This document shows, piece after piece, positions 10,380-20,744 of a stretch of DNA of 64,000 nt. The notes below the pieces were generated by a model. The model was not told the DNA's origin. It made no database searches and worked only from the letters and a program-made list of their open reading frames with translations. Position 1 is the stretch's first letter. Each line of letters begins with the position of its first letter. The DNA comes from an uncultured Candidatus Saccharibacteria bacterium (GTDB taxonomy: Bacteria > Patescibacteriota > UBA1384 > XYA2-FULL-43-10 > 1-14-0-10-43-13): the NCBI GenBank assembly GCA_964364265.1, contig CAYILA010000003.1, positions 19,959 to 83,958 of the forward strand, written 5' to 3'. A program made the position numbers and the translations under genes.

Positions 10380-11183
10380 TTATTTCTTCCCGACTACAAC
10401 GACTGCCGTATACTTGCCGGCAATCGCGTCTGACTGCTCGATAGTTACTGATCGGGCAGAAAGAGAGGTTTTTACCAATTCCGCAAAAGCCTGCTTGTCC
10501 GTTTGATAATACACGATTGTTGTCTGATAAGAAAACTTCCTGGCGTTCGTGACCGACAAAACCGTGAACCCGTCGGCAGTTAAAGTTGCTTTCACCTTTG
10601 CGGCCTCTCCTGCGACACCGTTACCGTTCAATACTTGCAGAGTGCCGTCCGCCTTTGTTGCGGTAGCGGTCGTTGCGGCGGCTGGAGCGGCAGTTTGAGT
10701 CGAGGCAGGAGTTGTGGCCTGTGAAGTCGCAGCAGTCGAGGTTTTTGCTGTTTCTTCTTGAGTGATTGTTTCCCCCTCGTATGAATTTTTAGTTGATGAA
10801 TTGCTGGTTGAATCAGTTGATTTGGTATCGTTTGATCTTAAGGGGTTGTAAGGACTTTTATAAATGGCCAATAATATTAACCCGGAAATTACCAATAACC
10901 AGACAAAAGTTTTAATACAGGAATGCTTCTTTTTGGGTTTTGGATTTGGCATATCATCAAAAAAACCGCTCTTGGAAGTTTTTTCGTTGGATCCGGTATT
11001 CTCAGGAACAAAAAAATCAGGAGAATCGGCCTCGTCTTTTTTGTCTTTCTTTTCATTCCCGACTTCCTCTTTGGGCTTTTCTGGTTCGGGTTTAGAAAAA
11101 GAGATCGGTTTTTCAGGATCATCTGAAAAACCAACACCCTTGTGTTTCTTTCGATGCGGCCTTATGTCGTCTGAAATTCCCAT
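10380..11183 (-). CDS. LytR_C (cell-envelope-related attenuator C-terminal) domain membrane protein with Thr/Ala-rich linker
   Basis: Single TM, low-complexity TSTAAT... linker, and a C-terminal GTLQVLNGNGVAGEA...GFTV...Y block typical of LytR_C. Confidence 0.6.
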   Translation of the reverse strand: MGISDDIRPHRKKHKGVGFSDDPEKPISFSKPEPEKPKEEVGNEKKDKKDEADSPDFFVPENTGSNEKTSKSGFFDDMPNPKPKKKHSCIKTFVWLLVISGLILLAIYKSPYNPLRSNDTKSTDSTSNSSTKNSYEGETITQEETAKTSTAATSQATTPASTQTAAPAAATTATATKADGTLQVLNGNGVAGEAAKVKATLTADGFTVLSVTNARKFSYQTTIVYYQTDKQAFAELVKTSLSARSVTIEQSDAIAGKYTAVVVVGKK

Positions 11184-11218
11184 TTCCCCTCAATTTATTT
11201 ACTTGATTATAACACTTA

Positions 11219-12127
11219 TTACCGCCATTTTCTAATCCGTTCGAAATCTTTAGGTTTTTTAAAGTCAACAATATGCTCCCGCCAGTCATCCCCGATTATG
11301 AAATGATTGTTGATGTCGCCTGCCCCCAAAAGTGAAAGATATCCGATATCTTCAATCTTAATATTCATCAGGTTGCAAGCCAGCCAATCGGCGGCCAAGG
11401 GATCTGAAGAAACTATCGAGTAATGAGCCGGCACCATGTCGCCATGTACCGGTCCCTCGCCTTCCATACATTCGAAACCGTCTAACACGGAAAGCTTTAG
11501 CTTGATATGTTCGAAAAGAGTGGCAATGTTTTCATTTAAAGCGGGAGTGCCCTGATGGATTAAGGATTTATTGTCTTTTAATTTCGAAAAATTCATCCCT
11601 AATTTAGCGGATAGTCCGAAATAAGGTTTGATCAGCCCGCCGACAGCCACATTTTTAATTGCGCCGGTATAAATCACTTCATTATGTGTTTTGGGCAAAG
11701 CGATTGAAATTAAGTAATCGGAGTTTAATAATGTTTTGGAAAATTGCGCCCGGATCTTATTGTTTTTTTTATCCAAGATTTCAATCGTTTCGAATTCATC
11801 GGTGTTAAGATCAACCAAAGCCAAATCGTATTTTTCCTGTAATGAAAAATACCCGTAGTTTTCAAATGCGGTTATAGTGTTGCCTTCGCCGGTTCCTTCG
11901 GCAAGGATAATTTGTGATTTTACATAAGGAGAGATGAAATTCAACAAAGCGTCGAGGGCGTCAACGTGGGTTGATGAAAGCTGGATATCTTCATGGACGC
12001 AATTCGGTTTGACGACGACGCTTTTTGCGCCGCGAAGACCGGAAATGATTTCACCTTTAATCAAAGAGAGAGCCCTCTCGATGTTGTATTTGCGGTCGTT
12101 GGAAGAAATAAAAGCAATTTTACTCAT
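11219..12127 (-). CDS. DUF362 domain protein
   Basis: VVVKPN and LPKTHNEVIYTGAIKNVAVGGL motifs match the DUF362 pattern (KPN ... KtH ... KN). Confidence 0.55.
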   Translation of the reverse strand: MSKIAFISSNDRKYNIERALSLIKGEIISGLRGAKSVVVKPNCVHEDIQLSSTHVDALDALLNFISPYVKSQIILAEGTGEGNTITAFENYGYFSLQEKYDLALVDLNTDEFETIEILDKKNNKIRAQFSKTLLNSDYLISIALPKTHNEVIYTGAIKNVAVGGLIKPYFGLSAKLGMNFSKLKDNKSLIHQGTPALNENIATLFEHIKLKLSVLDGFECMEGEGPVHGDMVPAHYSIVSSDPLAADWLACNLMNIKIEDIGYLSLLGAGDINNHFIIGDDWREHIVDFKKPKDFERIRKWR

Positions 12128-12274
12128 CGCCAGTATATTATATCAAAAGAGGAGCATCGATTCATATTACCTGCTCTAAATCATAATATTCAATATAGGA
12201 TGAGATGATTGTGTTATTGATATCATTATTCACAAACCCTCCAGTTTGTTATTGATTAAGGGTTTGTTTTTGTT

Positions 12275-12886
12275 TTAGCGGCCGAATTTCCGTATCATAC
12301 CGCGGACTTTGCCTTGGATTGTGACTCGGTTTCTGGCGAAGCGCATCGCCGACATTGACTTATTGGCCGGTTGAAGCCGGATGCCGCCCTTCTCCTCATA
12401 GAATCTTTTTAAGGTGGCATTTTGATTATCAACTAGGGCAACGACGATGTCGCCATTTTTGGCGGAAGAAGTTTGCTCAATAATGATGTAATCGCCGTCA
12501 AGTATGCCATCATCGATCATCGATTCGCCGCGGACTCGAAGGGCAAAGGTTTTTTTACCCATCATATCACGCGGGATATCGATCGTCTCCGATGTTCTTA
12601 TCGCTTCGATTGGCCGACCGGCGTCGATTACGCCCTCAAGCGGAATAGTAAATATACCCGCGCCATCGTCAAAACTAGGCGTTAATTGAATTGCCCGCGC
12701 CTCCATCGCCTCTTTAGTCAGATAACCCTTTTCCTGTAAGATATTGATATACTCGGCAATCGTGCCGGTTGAAGAAAACTCAAAGTAATGGGCTATTTCG
12801 CGGTAGCTGGGGGCGTAGCCGTTCTCATCGATAAAACCGCGTATGTAGTCCAATATCTCTTTTTGTCGCTTTGTCAGTGGATCCAT
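12275..12886 (-). CDS. lexA: LexA repressor (S24 peptidase)
   Basis: wHTH N-terminus (LTKRQKEILDYIRGFIDENGYAPS). S24 catalytic Ser/Lys (GESM...K). Start placed at the ATG at 12886; the ORF track extends upstream through a TTG. Confidence 0.85.
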   Translation of the reverse strand: MDPLTKRQKEILDYIRGFIDENGYAPSYREIAHYFEFSSTGTIAEYINILQEKGYLTKEAMEARAIQLTPSFDDGAGIFTIPLEGVIDAGRPIEAIRTSETIDIPRDMMGKKTFALRVRGESMIDDGILDGDYIIIEQTSSAKNGDIVVALVDNQNATLKRFYEEKGGIRLQPANKSMSAMRFARNRVTIQGKVRGMIRKFGR

Positions 12887-12896
12887 TTGGCTCCCT

Positions 12897-12933
12897 GTGT
12901 TCGTAATGTGTTCGGTATATCTATTATCGAACA
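12897..12933. promoter_or_regulatory. Candidate SOS/LexA operator: GTTC-N7-GTTC direct repeat overlapping a TGTTCG-N13-CGAACA palindrome
   Basis: Lies 11-47 nt upstream of the lexA ATG. Both motif classes are known LexA-box architectures in other phyla. Confidence 0.3.
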
Positions 12934-13032
12934 AAAACCAAACATCTGTCAATATCTATGTAGCCGTGTGGTTGTGGATAACTTGAAAATATGGTAGAAT
13001 TGGAAAAGGCAAGATGTGAAAATTTAATGTAG

Positions 13033-13082
13033 ACAAAAAAAATAAATATCGGAAGACGATTCGGGAAACTCGATCTTCCGAT
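13033..13082 (-). terminator. Rho-independent terminator downstream of rlmD
   Basis: On the minus strand, ATCGGAAGA...TCTTCCGAT 9-bp stem followed by a T8 run. Confidence 0.55.
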
Positions 13083-13128
13083 ATTAGACAATTCACATCT
13101 TGCAAAGTAATTATCCGGGACCGGCGAT

Positions 13129-14472
13129 TCAGCCGGTCCCATTTCTTTTTAATAGGCCAACACATTCAATGTGGTGGGTTTGCGGGAACATATCGATCGG
13201 CTGGACTTTTTTGAGTCCTATCCCCCTTTTTTCAAATAATACGATATCACGGGCGAATGTAGCTGGATTGCAGGAGACGTAGATTAGACGGTCAAAATCA
13301 ATTTTTGATATTGATTCTATGGTTTCCGGCCTTAATCCCGCCCGCGGCGGATCAATGACAATCACAGAATTGTTAAACCCGCCTACCGGCGAGGCAGGTT
13401 GTTTGATTGTTAAATTGTTGTTCAGATATTTTTCGGAATCCTCCCTTATGAATTCAACATTATGGATATGATTAATCATAGCATTGTCTTTCGCGTCGCG
13501 GACAGCTTCCGGAATAATTTCAACGCCGGTAACATTTTTTGCCATCGGCGATAAATAGATTGCGATCGAACCGGTGCCGCAGTAGAGGTCTAAGACCACA
13601 TCTTTTGGAGTGACGGCAGCGTATTCCTTGATTTTATTATAAAGCGTTTTGACACCGAGCGAATTTGTCTGGAAAAAAGATTCCGGCGAAATTTGAAACA
13701 GAAGCGAACCTATTTTTTCGTAAATAACCGGCGAACCGAATAAAAGATATCGCTTCATATTCGTAAGCGATTTGGCCGGCGCGACAGTATGATAAATTGA
13801 TTTAACGCCGGTAATTTCCTTTATGCAATTAGCAATACCCTCTTTATCTGGCAGGGTTTCGGTGCTGGTGATAATCTCAACCATAAAATCACCGGTTGCT
13901 TTGCCTTCGCGGATTTTTAACTGCCAAAATGATCCCTTATTTTCAACATTTTCATTAATATATTGTTTTAATTTGGGCAAAATCTCATTTGCGGTTACGG
14001 ATTGTAAGAAACATTTATCTACCTCAACCAATCCTTTTTTATAATCGAAGTTTTGGCGGGCGAAGCCGATATCGCCATCCGGTTTATCGATGAAGAAAAA
14101 CCGAATCGAATTGCGGTAAAAGAACGGGTGATTAGATCCGGGTATTATTTTCTCTGATTTTGTATCTATCCTTTGTTTTTTGAGAATTTCAGTAAATATC
14201 TTGCCTTTAAATCTTAGCTGAACGTCGTAAGGGATATTTTGATGCTCGCAGCCGCCGCATTTATCAAAAAATTGACAACGCGGTTTTATCCGAATCGGTG
14301 ATGGATTAATAATCTCCTTGATAATGCCGTTGGCATAATTCTTTTTATCTTTAGTAATATACGCCTCGACTTCATCACCGGGTACTGATTTCTTAACCAA
14401 AACGACCTTGCCGTCTTTTGAACAGCCCAATCCCCAACCTTCGTAAACTAGTTTTTCAATTTTGATTTTCAT
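13129..14472 (-). CDS. 23S rRNA (uracil-C5)-methyltransferase RlmD/RumA family (TRAM + Fe-S + SAM MTase)
   Basis: TRAM N-terminus. 4-Cys cluster C..FDKCGGCEHQ. SAM motif DLYCGTGSIA. Nucleophile VSCNPAT. Confidence 0.85.
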   Translation of the reverse strand: MKIKIEKLVYEGWGLGCSKDGKVVLVKKSVPGDEVEAYITKDKKNYANGIIKEIINPSPIRIKPRCQFFDKCGGCEHQNIPYDVQLRFKGKIFTEILKKQRIDTKSEKIIPGSNHPFFYRNSIRFFFIDKPDGDIGFARQNFDYKKGLVEVDKCFLQSVTANEILPKLKQYINENVENKGSFWQLKIREGKATGDFMVEIITSTETLPDKEGIANCIKEITGVKSIYHTVAPAKSLTNMKRYLLFGSPVIYEKIGSLLFQISPESFFQTNSLGVKTLYNKIKEYAAVTPKDVVLDLYCGTGSIAIYLSPMAKNVTGVEIIPEAVRDAKDNAMINHIHNVEFIREDSEKYLNNNLTIKQPASPVGGFNNSVIVIDPPRAGLRPETIESISKIDFDRLIYVSCNPATFARDIVLFEKRGIGLKKVQPIDMFPQTHHIECVGLLKRNGTG

Positions 14473-14605
14473 TTATTTAGTAACGAATATATAAGAATAC
14501 CCGTAGCGACGGCGACATTTTCGGCTGAACGGACACTGTCTAAAACAAAATAAACCTCCAAAAGAGGCTTATCTGTTATTTTCAGCTGATTTTTATTAAA
14601 TCCGT

Positions 14606-15892
14606 TCACTTATCAATTCTTTTTTTAACCTCGGATGCTAATGAACTTGAGGGAAATGTCTCTTGAGTCGAGGCGGAGAGATCGCGCAAAATCGCTTCGT
14701 CCTTCATCGCTTCGCGCTGACCGATGATAACAACATATTTTGCCCCTATCCTTGAAGCGGATCCCAGCTGTTGGCGCAATCCATCGTTTGAAGGAACGAA
14801 AAATACATTCAGATCCGCTTTGGTCAATTCGTCGTAAATATTTTTCGAGGCCTCCTTGGCCTTCTCGCCCAACTGTAGGATGCAGACATCAACCCCTCTT
14901 TTTAGGGGAAGTTTGATTTTTTGTTCTTTCATTAGAGAAATAATTCTTTCAATGCCAAGGGAATATCCGACCGCCGGCGTGCTTATGCCTCCTAGAAGCT
15001 CGACTAAGCCGTTATAGCGACCGCCGCCCCCGATTGAACTTTGCCGGCTTTTGTCATCTTTTGAGCCGATCTCAAAAACAGTATTGGTGTAGTAATCCAA
15101 ACCTCTGACCAATTTAGGATCAAGGTCGTAGCGGATATTGAAATAATCCAAATACTCCAAGGTGTTTTGAAAATGTGTTTTACATTCACTACAGAGCGAA
15201 TCTAAAGTGGTGGGAGCGTTTTTGGACAGATTCTGGCACTTTTCCTCTTTGCAATCCAAAAGCCGGAGCGGGTTTTTCTCATACCTTCTGATACAATCTT
15301 CACAGAGGTTTTTAATCTTGTCTTTGTAATATTTTTTTAGTTTTGCCTGAAACTTCGGACGGCACTTTTGGCAGCCGATTGAATTAGTATAAACGATAAT
15401 ATCCTTGAGTCCTAGACGGTTTAAAATCTCCCAAGCGGACATTATGGCCAGATAATCTGATTTCGGCGAGGGATCGCCAACGATCTCTACTCCAAGTTGA
15501 TAAAATTCCCGGTATCTGCCCTTTTGGGGGCGTTCTCGGCGGAACATCGGTCCATAATAATAGAGTCGAACCGGTTGCGGCCATGAACTCATTCCGTTCT
15601 GAATATAAGACCGGATAACGCCGGCCGTGCCTTCCGGACGAAGAGCGTAAGCGACGCCTTCATCGCCGCCGGTCTTTTCGAGCATAAACATCTCTTTCGT
15701 TACTATATCGCTGTCCAGACCAATTCCTCTCCCGTATATTTCGGCATTTTCAAAATAAGGAACATCGATTCGCTCGATGCCCAATCCTTCTAATATTTTA
15801 AATGATTCATCCGCGACTCTCTGCCAGTATTGCTGGTCTGTCGGAAGTATGTCTTTCGTACCTCTTGGCGATTGATATGATTGCTTACTCAT
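14606..15892 (-). CDS. hisS: Histidyl-tRNA synthetase
   Basis: PRGTKDILP motif and class II motifs (FRRERPQKGRYREFYQ). Confidence 0.95.
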   Translation of the reverse strand: MSKQSYQSPRGTKDILPTDQQYWQRVADESFKILEGLGIERIDVPYFENAEIYGRGIGLDSDIVTKEMFMLEKTGGDEGVAYALRPEGTAGVIRSYIQNGMSSWPQPVRLYYYGPMFRRERPQKGRYREFYQLGVEIVGDPSPKSDYLAIMSAWEILNRLGLKDIIVYTNSIGCQKCRPKFQAKLKKYYKDKIKNLCEDCIRRYEKNPLRLLDCKEEKCQNLSKNAPTTLDSLCSECKTHFQNTLEYLDYFNIRYDLDPKLVRGLDYYTNTVFEIGSKDDKSRQSSIGGGGRYNGLVELLGGISTPAVGYSLGIERIISLMKEQKIKLPLKRGVDVCILQLGEKAKEASKNIYDELTKADLNVFFVPSNDGLRQQLGSASRIGAKYVVIIGQREAMKDEAILRDLSASTQETFPSSSLASEVKKRIDK

Positions 15893-15979
15893 AACTACTC
15901 CTTTTTTTGACTATAAAAAGCCAAGTTAGCAAGCTAACTGCGCCAATAGTAGCAATAATTAAGTAAAAAATCAAAGAAA

Positions 15980-18493
15980 TTAAAGGATCTTAAACTTTAA
16001 TCCGTCGTTTTTACTAAATGAGATCTTTATTTTATTTCCGTTGCTTAACTCTTCAGTCAGGATTTTTTCTGCTATGACCGATTCAATTTTATCAGAGATC
16101 AATTTTCTTATCGGTCTAGCGCCAAAGTCCGGATTAAATCCCTCCTTTGCGATCCATTTTGTGACCGATTTATCGTACTCGATTGAAATCATTTGTTTAA
16201 GGATCCGGTCTTTCAATTCCTTCATTTGTAATTCGACAATCTCTTCGATTGAAGAATTTGAAAGAGGACGGAAAACAATAATCTTATCTACTCTGTTTAA
16301 GAATTCAGGTTTAAAAAATTCTTTGAGCTCTTCATGCACCTGATCCTTCATTTTTTCATAGGCGTCGTCGATATTTTTTTCGTTGGCGAATCCAATCAAC
16401 GATCGTTTATCAAAGATATTTGTTCCCATATTCGATGTCATTACAAGAATCGTATTTTTAAAATCGACTTTTCTGCCTCTGGCATCGGTTAATTCGCCGT
16501 CTTCCATAATCTGGAGAAGGATATTAAATACCTCCTGGTGAGCTTTTTCAATCTCATCGAAAAGAATCACGGAGTACGGTTGTCTCCGGACAAGCTCGGT
16601 CAGTTTGCCACCCTCTTCATATCCGATATAGCCGGCCGGGGCGCCGATTAATCTCGAAACATTATGGCGCTCCATAAACTCCGACATATCGATTTTTATC
16701 AATGCGTTGCGATCGCCGAGTATCTCTTCGGCTAAAACCTTTGCCAATTCCGTTTTACCGACACCGGTCGGACCTAGAAAGATGAATGAACCGTTCGGAC
16801 GATTCGGATTGGCAATCCCGACTCTGGCGCGTCGGATGGCTCTTGAAATCTCGACCACCGCCTCGTCTTGGCCTATAATATGTTTTTTAATTCTTTTCTC
16901 CAAATCCAAGTAACGCTTCTTTTCTTTAATCGTCAGGTCGGTTACCGGTATCCCTGTCCATTTTGAAACAACAACCCCGATTTGCTCTGCCGAGATAATA
17001 TTTATCTTATCAAGAGAATCATTTTTCTTAATCTCTTTGATCGCGTTTTCAATTTTAATCTCCCTCTCCCGAAGCTTGGTCGCTCTTTCGTATTGTTCCG
17101 CCAAAATGCTTTCTTCTTTTTCGCGCAATAATTCTCTAAGTTGTGTTGTAAGTTGAGCTAATCTGGCGGATGCCGGAGAAACCGTATTTGTGGCCGCCGC
17201 CGCTTCGTCGATTAAATCAATTGCTTTATCAGGTAGATTTCTGTCATTAATATAGCGCTTCGAAAGGTATACCGCCGCTTCGATCGCTTCCGGAGTATAA
17301 GTAACATTGTGGAAGCTTTCATACCGGCTCTTGATACCCTTAAGAATCTCAACGCTTTCGGCTGGAGTGGGTTCTTTGACAATAATCGGCTGGAATCGAC
17401 GCTCGAAAGCCGGATCTTTCTCAATATATTTTTTATATTCATCAGTGGTTGTGGAACCGATTAAGTGGAGTTCGCCTCGAGCTAGCATCGGTTTCAATAA
17501 ATTTGCGGCATCGATTGATCCCTCTGTCGAACCGGCGCCGACAACAGTGTGTATTTCATCGATAAATAAAATCATCTTGCCGTTTTTCTTAATTTCGGAC
17601 AGCAATTTTTTGACGCGGCTTTCAAATTGCCCTCGATACATTGTACCGGCTAGAATAGAGCCCATATCAATAGATAAAATTTCCCGGCCATGCAGTTTAT
17701 TTGGAACTTGTCCGGTTATGATCTTTTGAGCCAAACCCTCCACAATTGCCGTCTTTCCAATCCCCGGTTCGCCGATCAGGACGGGATTGTTCTTAGTCCT
17801 CCGGCATAATATTTGAATTAACCGCTCTGTTTCCCTTTCTCGGCCGATAACCGGGTCAAGTTTTCCGGACTGGGCCAACTTCGTTAAATTTGTGGTGAAC
17901 GAGGTTAGGATTGAATCGGTTTTGGTTTTGGCATATGTCGATCCGCCCATGGCGGGACCGATCGGGCCGAACCCTTCCTCTCCCATTTCGAACGAGGGCT
18001 CAAAATCAGGTCTTGGCTCGGATTCGGGAGGTTTCATATCGGTTAGGGTATCGCGTATTCCTCCAAAAATTGTCTCAATCTGCTTTTTAATCTCATCAGG
18101 TTTAACACCCATCCGTTCGATTATCGAATATGAAACAAAATTCTTATTCGATAAAAGAGCCAAAAGCAAATGCTCGGTATCAATTGTAAAGTGACCGTAT
18201 TTTGATGCCTCAAGCACGGCTGATTTAATCGCTTCTTTTCCGTCGTCGGTAAGGCCGTCCGGAGCGTTTCTGACCATTTTTTTGGAAACCAAAGACGAAA
18301 TCAGTGCTGCCCTTTCGGTACTGACATCAAATGAGGATAATATTTCGTAGGCGAGAGTTTCTCTAGCTAAAAGCATCGCGACAAGCATATGCTCGGTATC
18401 CAGCACCGCGTTTTGTTCGTGGGAAATTCTTTCAGCCGAGACCAGTACCTTCTTTAGATTTTCAGAAAATTTTCTAAATAAATTCATATCCAT
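15980..18493 (-). CDS. clpC: ATP-dependent Clp protease ATP-binding subunit ClpC
   Basis: Two Clp_N repeats. Two AAA+ modules (GEPGIGKT; GPTGVGKT) separated by a UVR-like linker. Confidence 0.9.
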   Translation of the reverse strand: MDMNLFRKFSENLKKVLVSAERISHEQNAVLDTEHMLVAMLLARETLAYEILSSFDVSTERAALISSLVSKKMVRNAPDGLTDDGKEAIKSAVLEASKYGHFTIDTEHLLLALLSNKNFVSYSIIERMGVKPDEIKKQIETIFGGIRDTLTDMKPPESEPRPDFEPSFEMGEEGFGPIGPAMGGSTYAKTKTDSILTSFTTNLTKLAQSGKLDPVIGRERETERLIQILCRRTKNNPVLIGEPGIGKTAIVEGLAQKIITGQVPNKLHGREILSIDMGSILAGTMYRGQFESRVKKLLSEIKKNGKMILFIDEIHTVVGAGSTEGSIDAANLLKPMLARGELHLIGSTTTDEYKKYIEKDPAFERRFQPIIVKEPTPAESVEILKGIKSRYESFHNVTYTPEAIEAAVYLSKRYINDRNLPDKAIDLIDEAAAATNTVSPASARLAQLTTQLRELLREKEESILAEQYERATKLREREIKIENAIKEIKKNDSLDKINIISAEQIGVVVSKWTGIPVTDLTIKEKKRYLDLEKRIKKHIIGQDEAVVEISRAIRRARVGIANPNRPNGSFIFLGPTGVGKTELAKVLAEEILGDRNALIKIDMSEFMERHNVSRLIGAPAGYIGYEEGGKLTELVRRQPYSVILFDEIEKAHQEVFNILLQIMEDGELTDARGRKVDFKNTILVMTSNMGTNIFDKRSLIGFANEKNIDDAYEKMKDQVHEELKEFFKPEFLNRVDKIIVFRPLSNSSIEEIVELQMKELKDRILKQMISIEYDKSVTKWIAKEGFNPDFGARPIRKLISDKIESVIAEKILTEELSNGNKIKISFSKNDGLKFKIL

Positions 18494-18545
18494 AAATTCT
18501 CCGTCATCAAAACAGATTTATTACCCCGCCGTATTGGTAATACTC

Positions 18546-19622
18546 TTACTCTTCTGTTTCTGTTTCAATTTTTTCTTCGTCAACCTCGATATCAATGCCC
18601 CAGCCAGTCAATTTTGAGGCCAATCGAACATTCTGACCATTGCGGCCGATAGCCAATGATAAACTCTCCTGATCGACAAAAACAGTCGCTTTGTTGTCCT
18701 TTGCCGAGATCACGATCCTATTTGTTTTGGCCGGTGACAATGCGTTCGAGATAAATTGTGAAACATCTTCATCCCAAAGGACGATATCAATTTTCTCCTC
18801 GCCAATTTCATCCAGAACGGCCTGAACTCTTGTTCCTCTCTGTCCGACACAGGATCCAACCGGATCGATCTTGTCCTCGGTGGCAATAACAGCAATCTTT
18901 GTTCTAGAACCGGCTTCTCTTGAGACATTTTTGATGATAACCGAACCGGCGTTAATCTCCGGAACTTCGATTGCGAACAACCCTAAAATCAAGCCCTCGT
19001 CGGATCTGGATACGACGATTTGAGGCCCCTTAGTCGTTTCGACAACTTCCTTAACGTATGTTTTTAAGCGCTGTCCGACATAATATCTTTCATCTCTGAT
19101 CTGCTCGGAAGGATACATAATTCCATTTGCCTTGCCGAGCGAAACGATAATATTCTTACCGTCAACCTGTTGCACAACAGCCGTAACGACCTCGTGTTCT
19201 TTCTCTTTAAATTCTTTATAGAGCATGTTCCGCTCCGCTTCGCGGAGACGCTGAATAATTACTTGTTTGGCGGTCTGGGCGGCAATCCGGCCAAAATCGC
19301 TTTGTTTCGGAAGCGGAATAGTTACCTCTTCACCAACCTTGGCTTTTTTATTTATTTTTAGGGCCTGATCGAGCGTTAATTGTTGTTCCGGCTCCTCGGC
19401 TTCCTCTTCGCTTTCGACAACCTCATAAACCCGGAACATATCGGCGTCGCCGGTTACCGGATCCATTATGGCCTTAATGATCTGCTTCGGACGACCGTAA
19501 TCTTTTCGATAAGCGGCCGCCAGAGCGGCTTCGACTGTCTCTAACACAATTTCCTTTTCGAGTCCTTTTTCCTCGCAGAGTTCGTCGATTGCGGCGATAA
19601 AGGGGCTGATTTTTTGTGCCAT
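18546..19622 (-). CDS. nusA: Transcription termination/antitermination factor NusA
   Basis: NusA N-terminal domain, S1 domain, and two KH domains (GSCVGQRG, GRNGQNVRLAS). Start is the ATG preceded by GAAGGAG. Confidence 0.9.
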   Translation of the reverse strand: MAQKISPFIAAIDELCEEKGLEKEIVLETVEAALAAAYRKDYGRPKQIIKAIMDPVTGDADMFRVYEVVESEEEAEEPEQQLTLDQALKINKKAKVGEEVTIPLPKQSDFGRIAAQTAKQVIIQRLREAERNMLYKEFKEKEHEVVTAVVQQVDGKNIIVSLGKANGIMYPSEQIRDERYYVGQRLKTYVKEVVETTKGPQIVVSRSDEGLILGLFAIEVPEINAGSVIIKNVSREAGSRTKIAVIATEDKIDPVGSCVGQRGTRVQAVLDEIGEEKIDIVLWDEDVSQFISNALSPAKTNRIVISAKDNKATVFVDQESLSLAIGRNGQNVRLASKLTGWGIDIEVDEEKIETETEE

Positions 19623-19695
19623 TTTTACTCCTTCGGGTAGCAATATTAAAGTTAACCACCCGTAATTAAGATTTAATTTGTAATTTGATTTTGAA

Positions 19696-19727
19696 TAAAA
19701 ATGGTGACCGGACAGGCCACCAAAAAC
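19696..19727 (-). terminator. Rho-independent terminator after ldh
   Basis: Minus strand GGTGGCC...GGTCACC hairpin followed by TTTTT. Confidence 0.5.
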
Positions 19728-19775
19728 ATAACTACAAAGTTATTATAATGGAAAGATTTTTTTAAGTCAAGTATT

Positions 19776-20732
19776 TTAAGATATTTCTTTAATATTATTC
19801 TTTATAATTTCGGCTGATTCTTTCAATTTCTTTTTTTCATCTTCATCTAAACTGATTTCAATAATACGATCAACGCCGTTTCTATTGATGACCGCCGGCA
19901 ATGACAGATAAATATCATCTAGACCATATAAATTGTCTACATAAACGGATACCGGAAAAATATGGTTTTCGTCGAACAATATCGCACGGACAATTTTTGT
20001 TACTGCCAGAGCGATGGCGTAGCAGGTATAACCTTTTTTTTCAATGACGGTGGCGGCGGAATTTTTGGTATCGAGGTAGGCCTTATCGACCTTTTCTTTT
20101 GAATAACCCTCTAAGTTTTCAATCGGTTCGCCCATAACATTGGAATGAGAGATAACCGGCACCTGGCTTTCACCGTGTTCTCCGATTAAAAATGCGCCCA
20201 TACTTTCAGCCGCGATATTGAATTCTTGGGCCAAAAAATACCTGAAACGGGCCGAATCAAGCGTTGTGCCGGTGCCGAAGACCTGATTGGAAGGATAACC
20301 GGATTCCTTGTAAGCAATATATGCAGTAACATCAAGAGGGTTTGTCACCATCAATATTATAGCGCCGGATGTTTGCTTTTTAATCTCGCCCACAATTCCC
20401 TTGACAATTTTAGAATTGGTTTTAGCCAGATCACGGCGGGTTTGGTCCGTCTTTTGGGCAATTCCGGCCGTAATCACAATTACATCGGCGTCCTTGCAGT
20501 CGTCATAACATCCTGCGTGAATATTAGTTTGGGGAACGAACGAAAGTCCGTGTTCAAGATCCAAAACCTCTCCCTCGCATTTTTTGGTATCCAGATCGAT
20601 AAGGACAATTTCAGATGCGATACCTTGAATCATCATAGAGAAAGCGGTCGATGATCCTACGGCTCCGGTGCCGATGATTACCACTTTATTTTTCTCATGC
20701 TCTTTTTCTTTTTTTGAGAATAATTTAAACAT
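19776..20732 (-). CDS. ldh: L-lactate (or malate) dehydrogenase, LDH/MDH family
   Basis: Rossmann motif VVIIGTGAVGSS, GEHGES catalytic loop, ITAGI(A)QK. Confidence 0.85.
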   Translation of the reverse strand: MFKLFSKKEKEHEKNKVVIIGTGAVGSSTAFSMMIQGIASEIVLIDLDTKKCEGEVLDLEHGLSFVPQTNIHAGCYDDCKDADVIVITAGIAQKTDQTRRDLAKTNSKIVKGIVGEIKKQTSGAIILMVTNPLDVTAYIAYKESGYPSNQVFGTGTTLDSARFRYFLAQEFNIAAESMGAFLIGEHGESQVPVISHSNVMGEPIENLEGYSKEKVDKAYLDTKNSAATVIEKKGYTCYAIALAVTKIVRAILFDENHIFPVSVYVDNLYGLDDIYLSLPAVINRNGVDRIIEISLDEDEKKKLKESAEIIKNNIKEIS

Positions 20733-20744
20733 TTCCCCTCTTTC

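Noticed and set aside
12887-12952. Longer lexA ORF starting at the TTG at 12952
   Set aside because: The TTG extension adds 22 residues not typical of LexA and would run across the putative operator. The ATG at 12886 yields the standard N-terminal wHTH.
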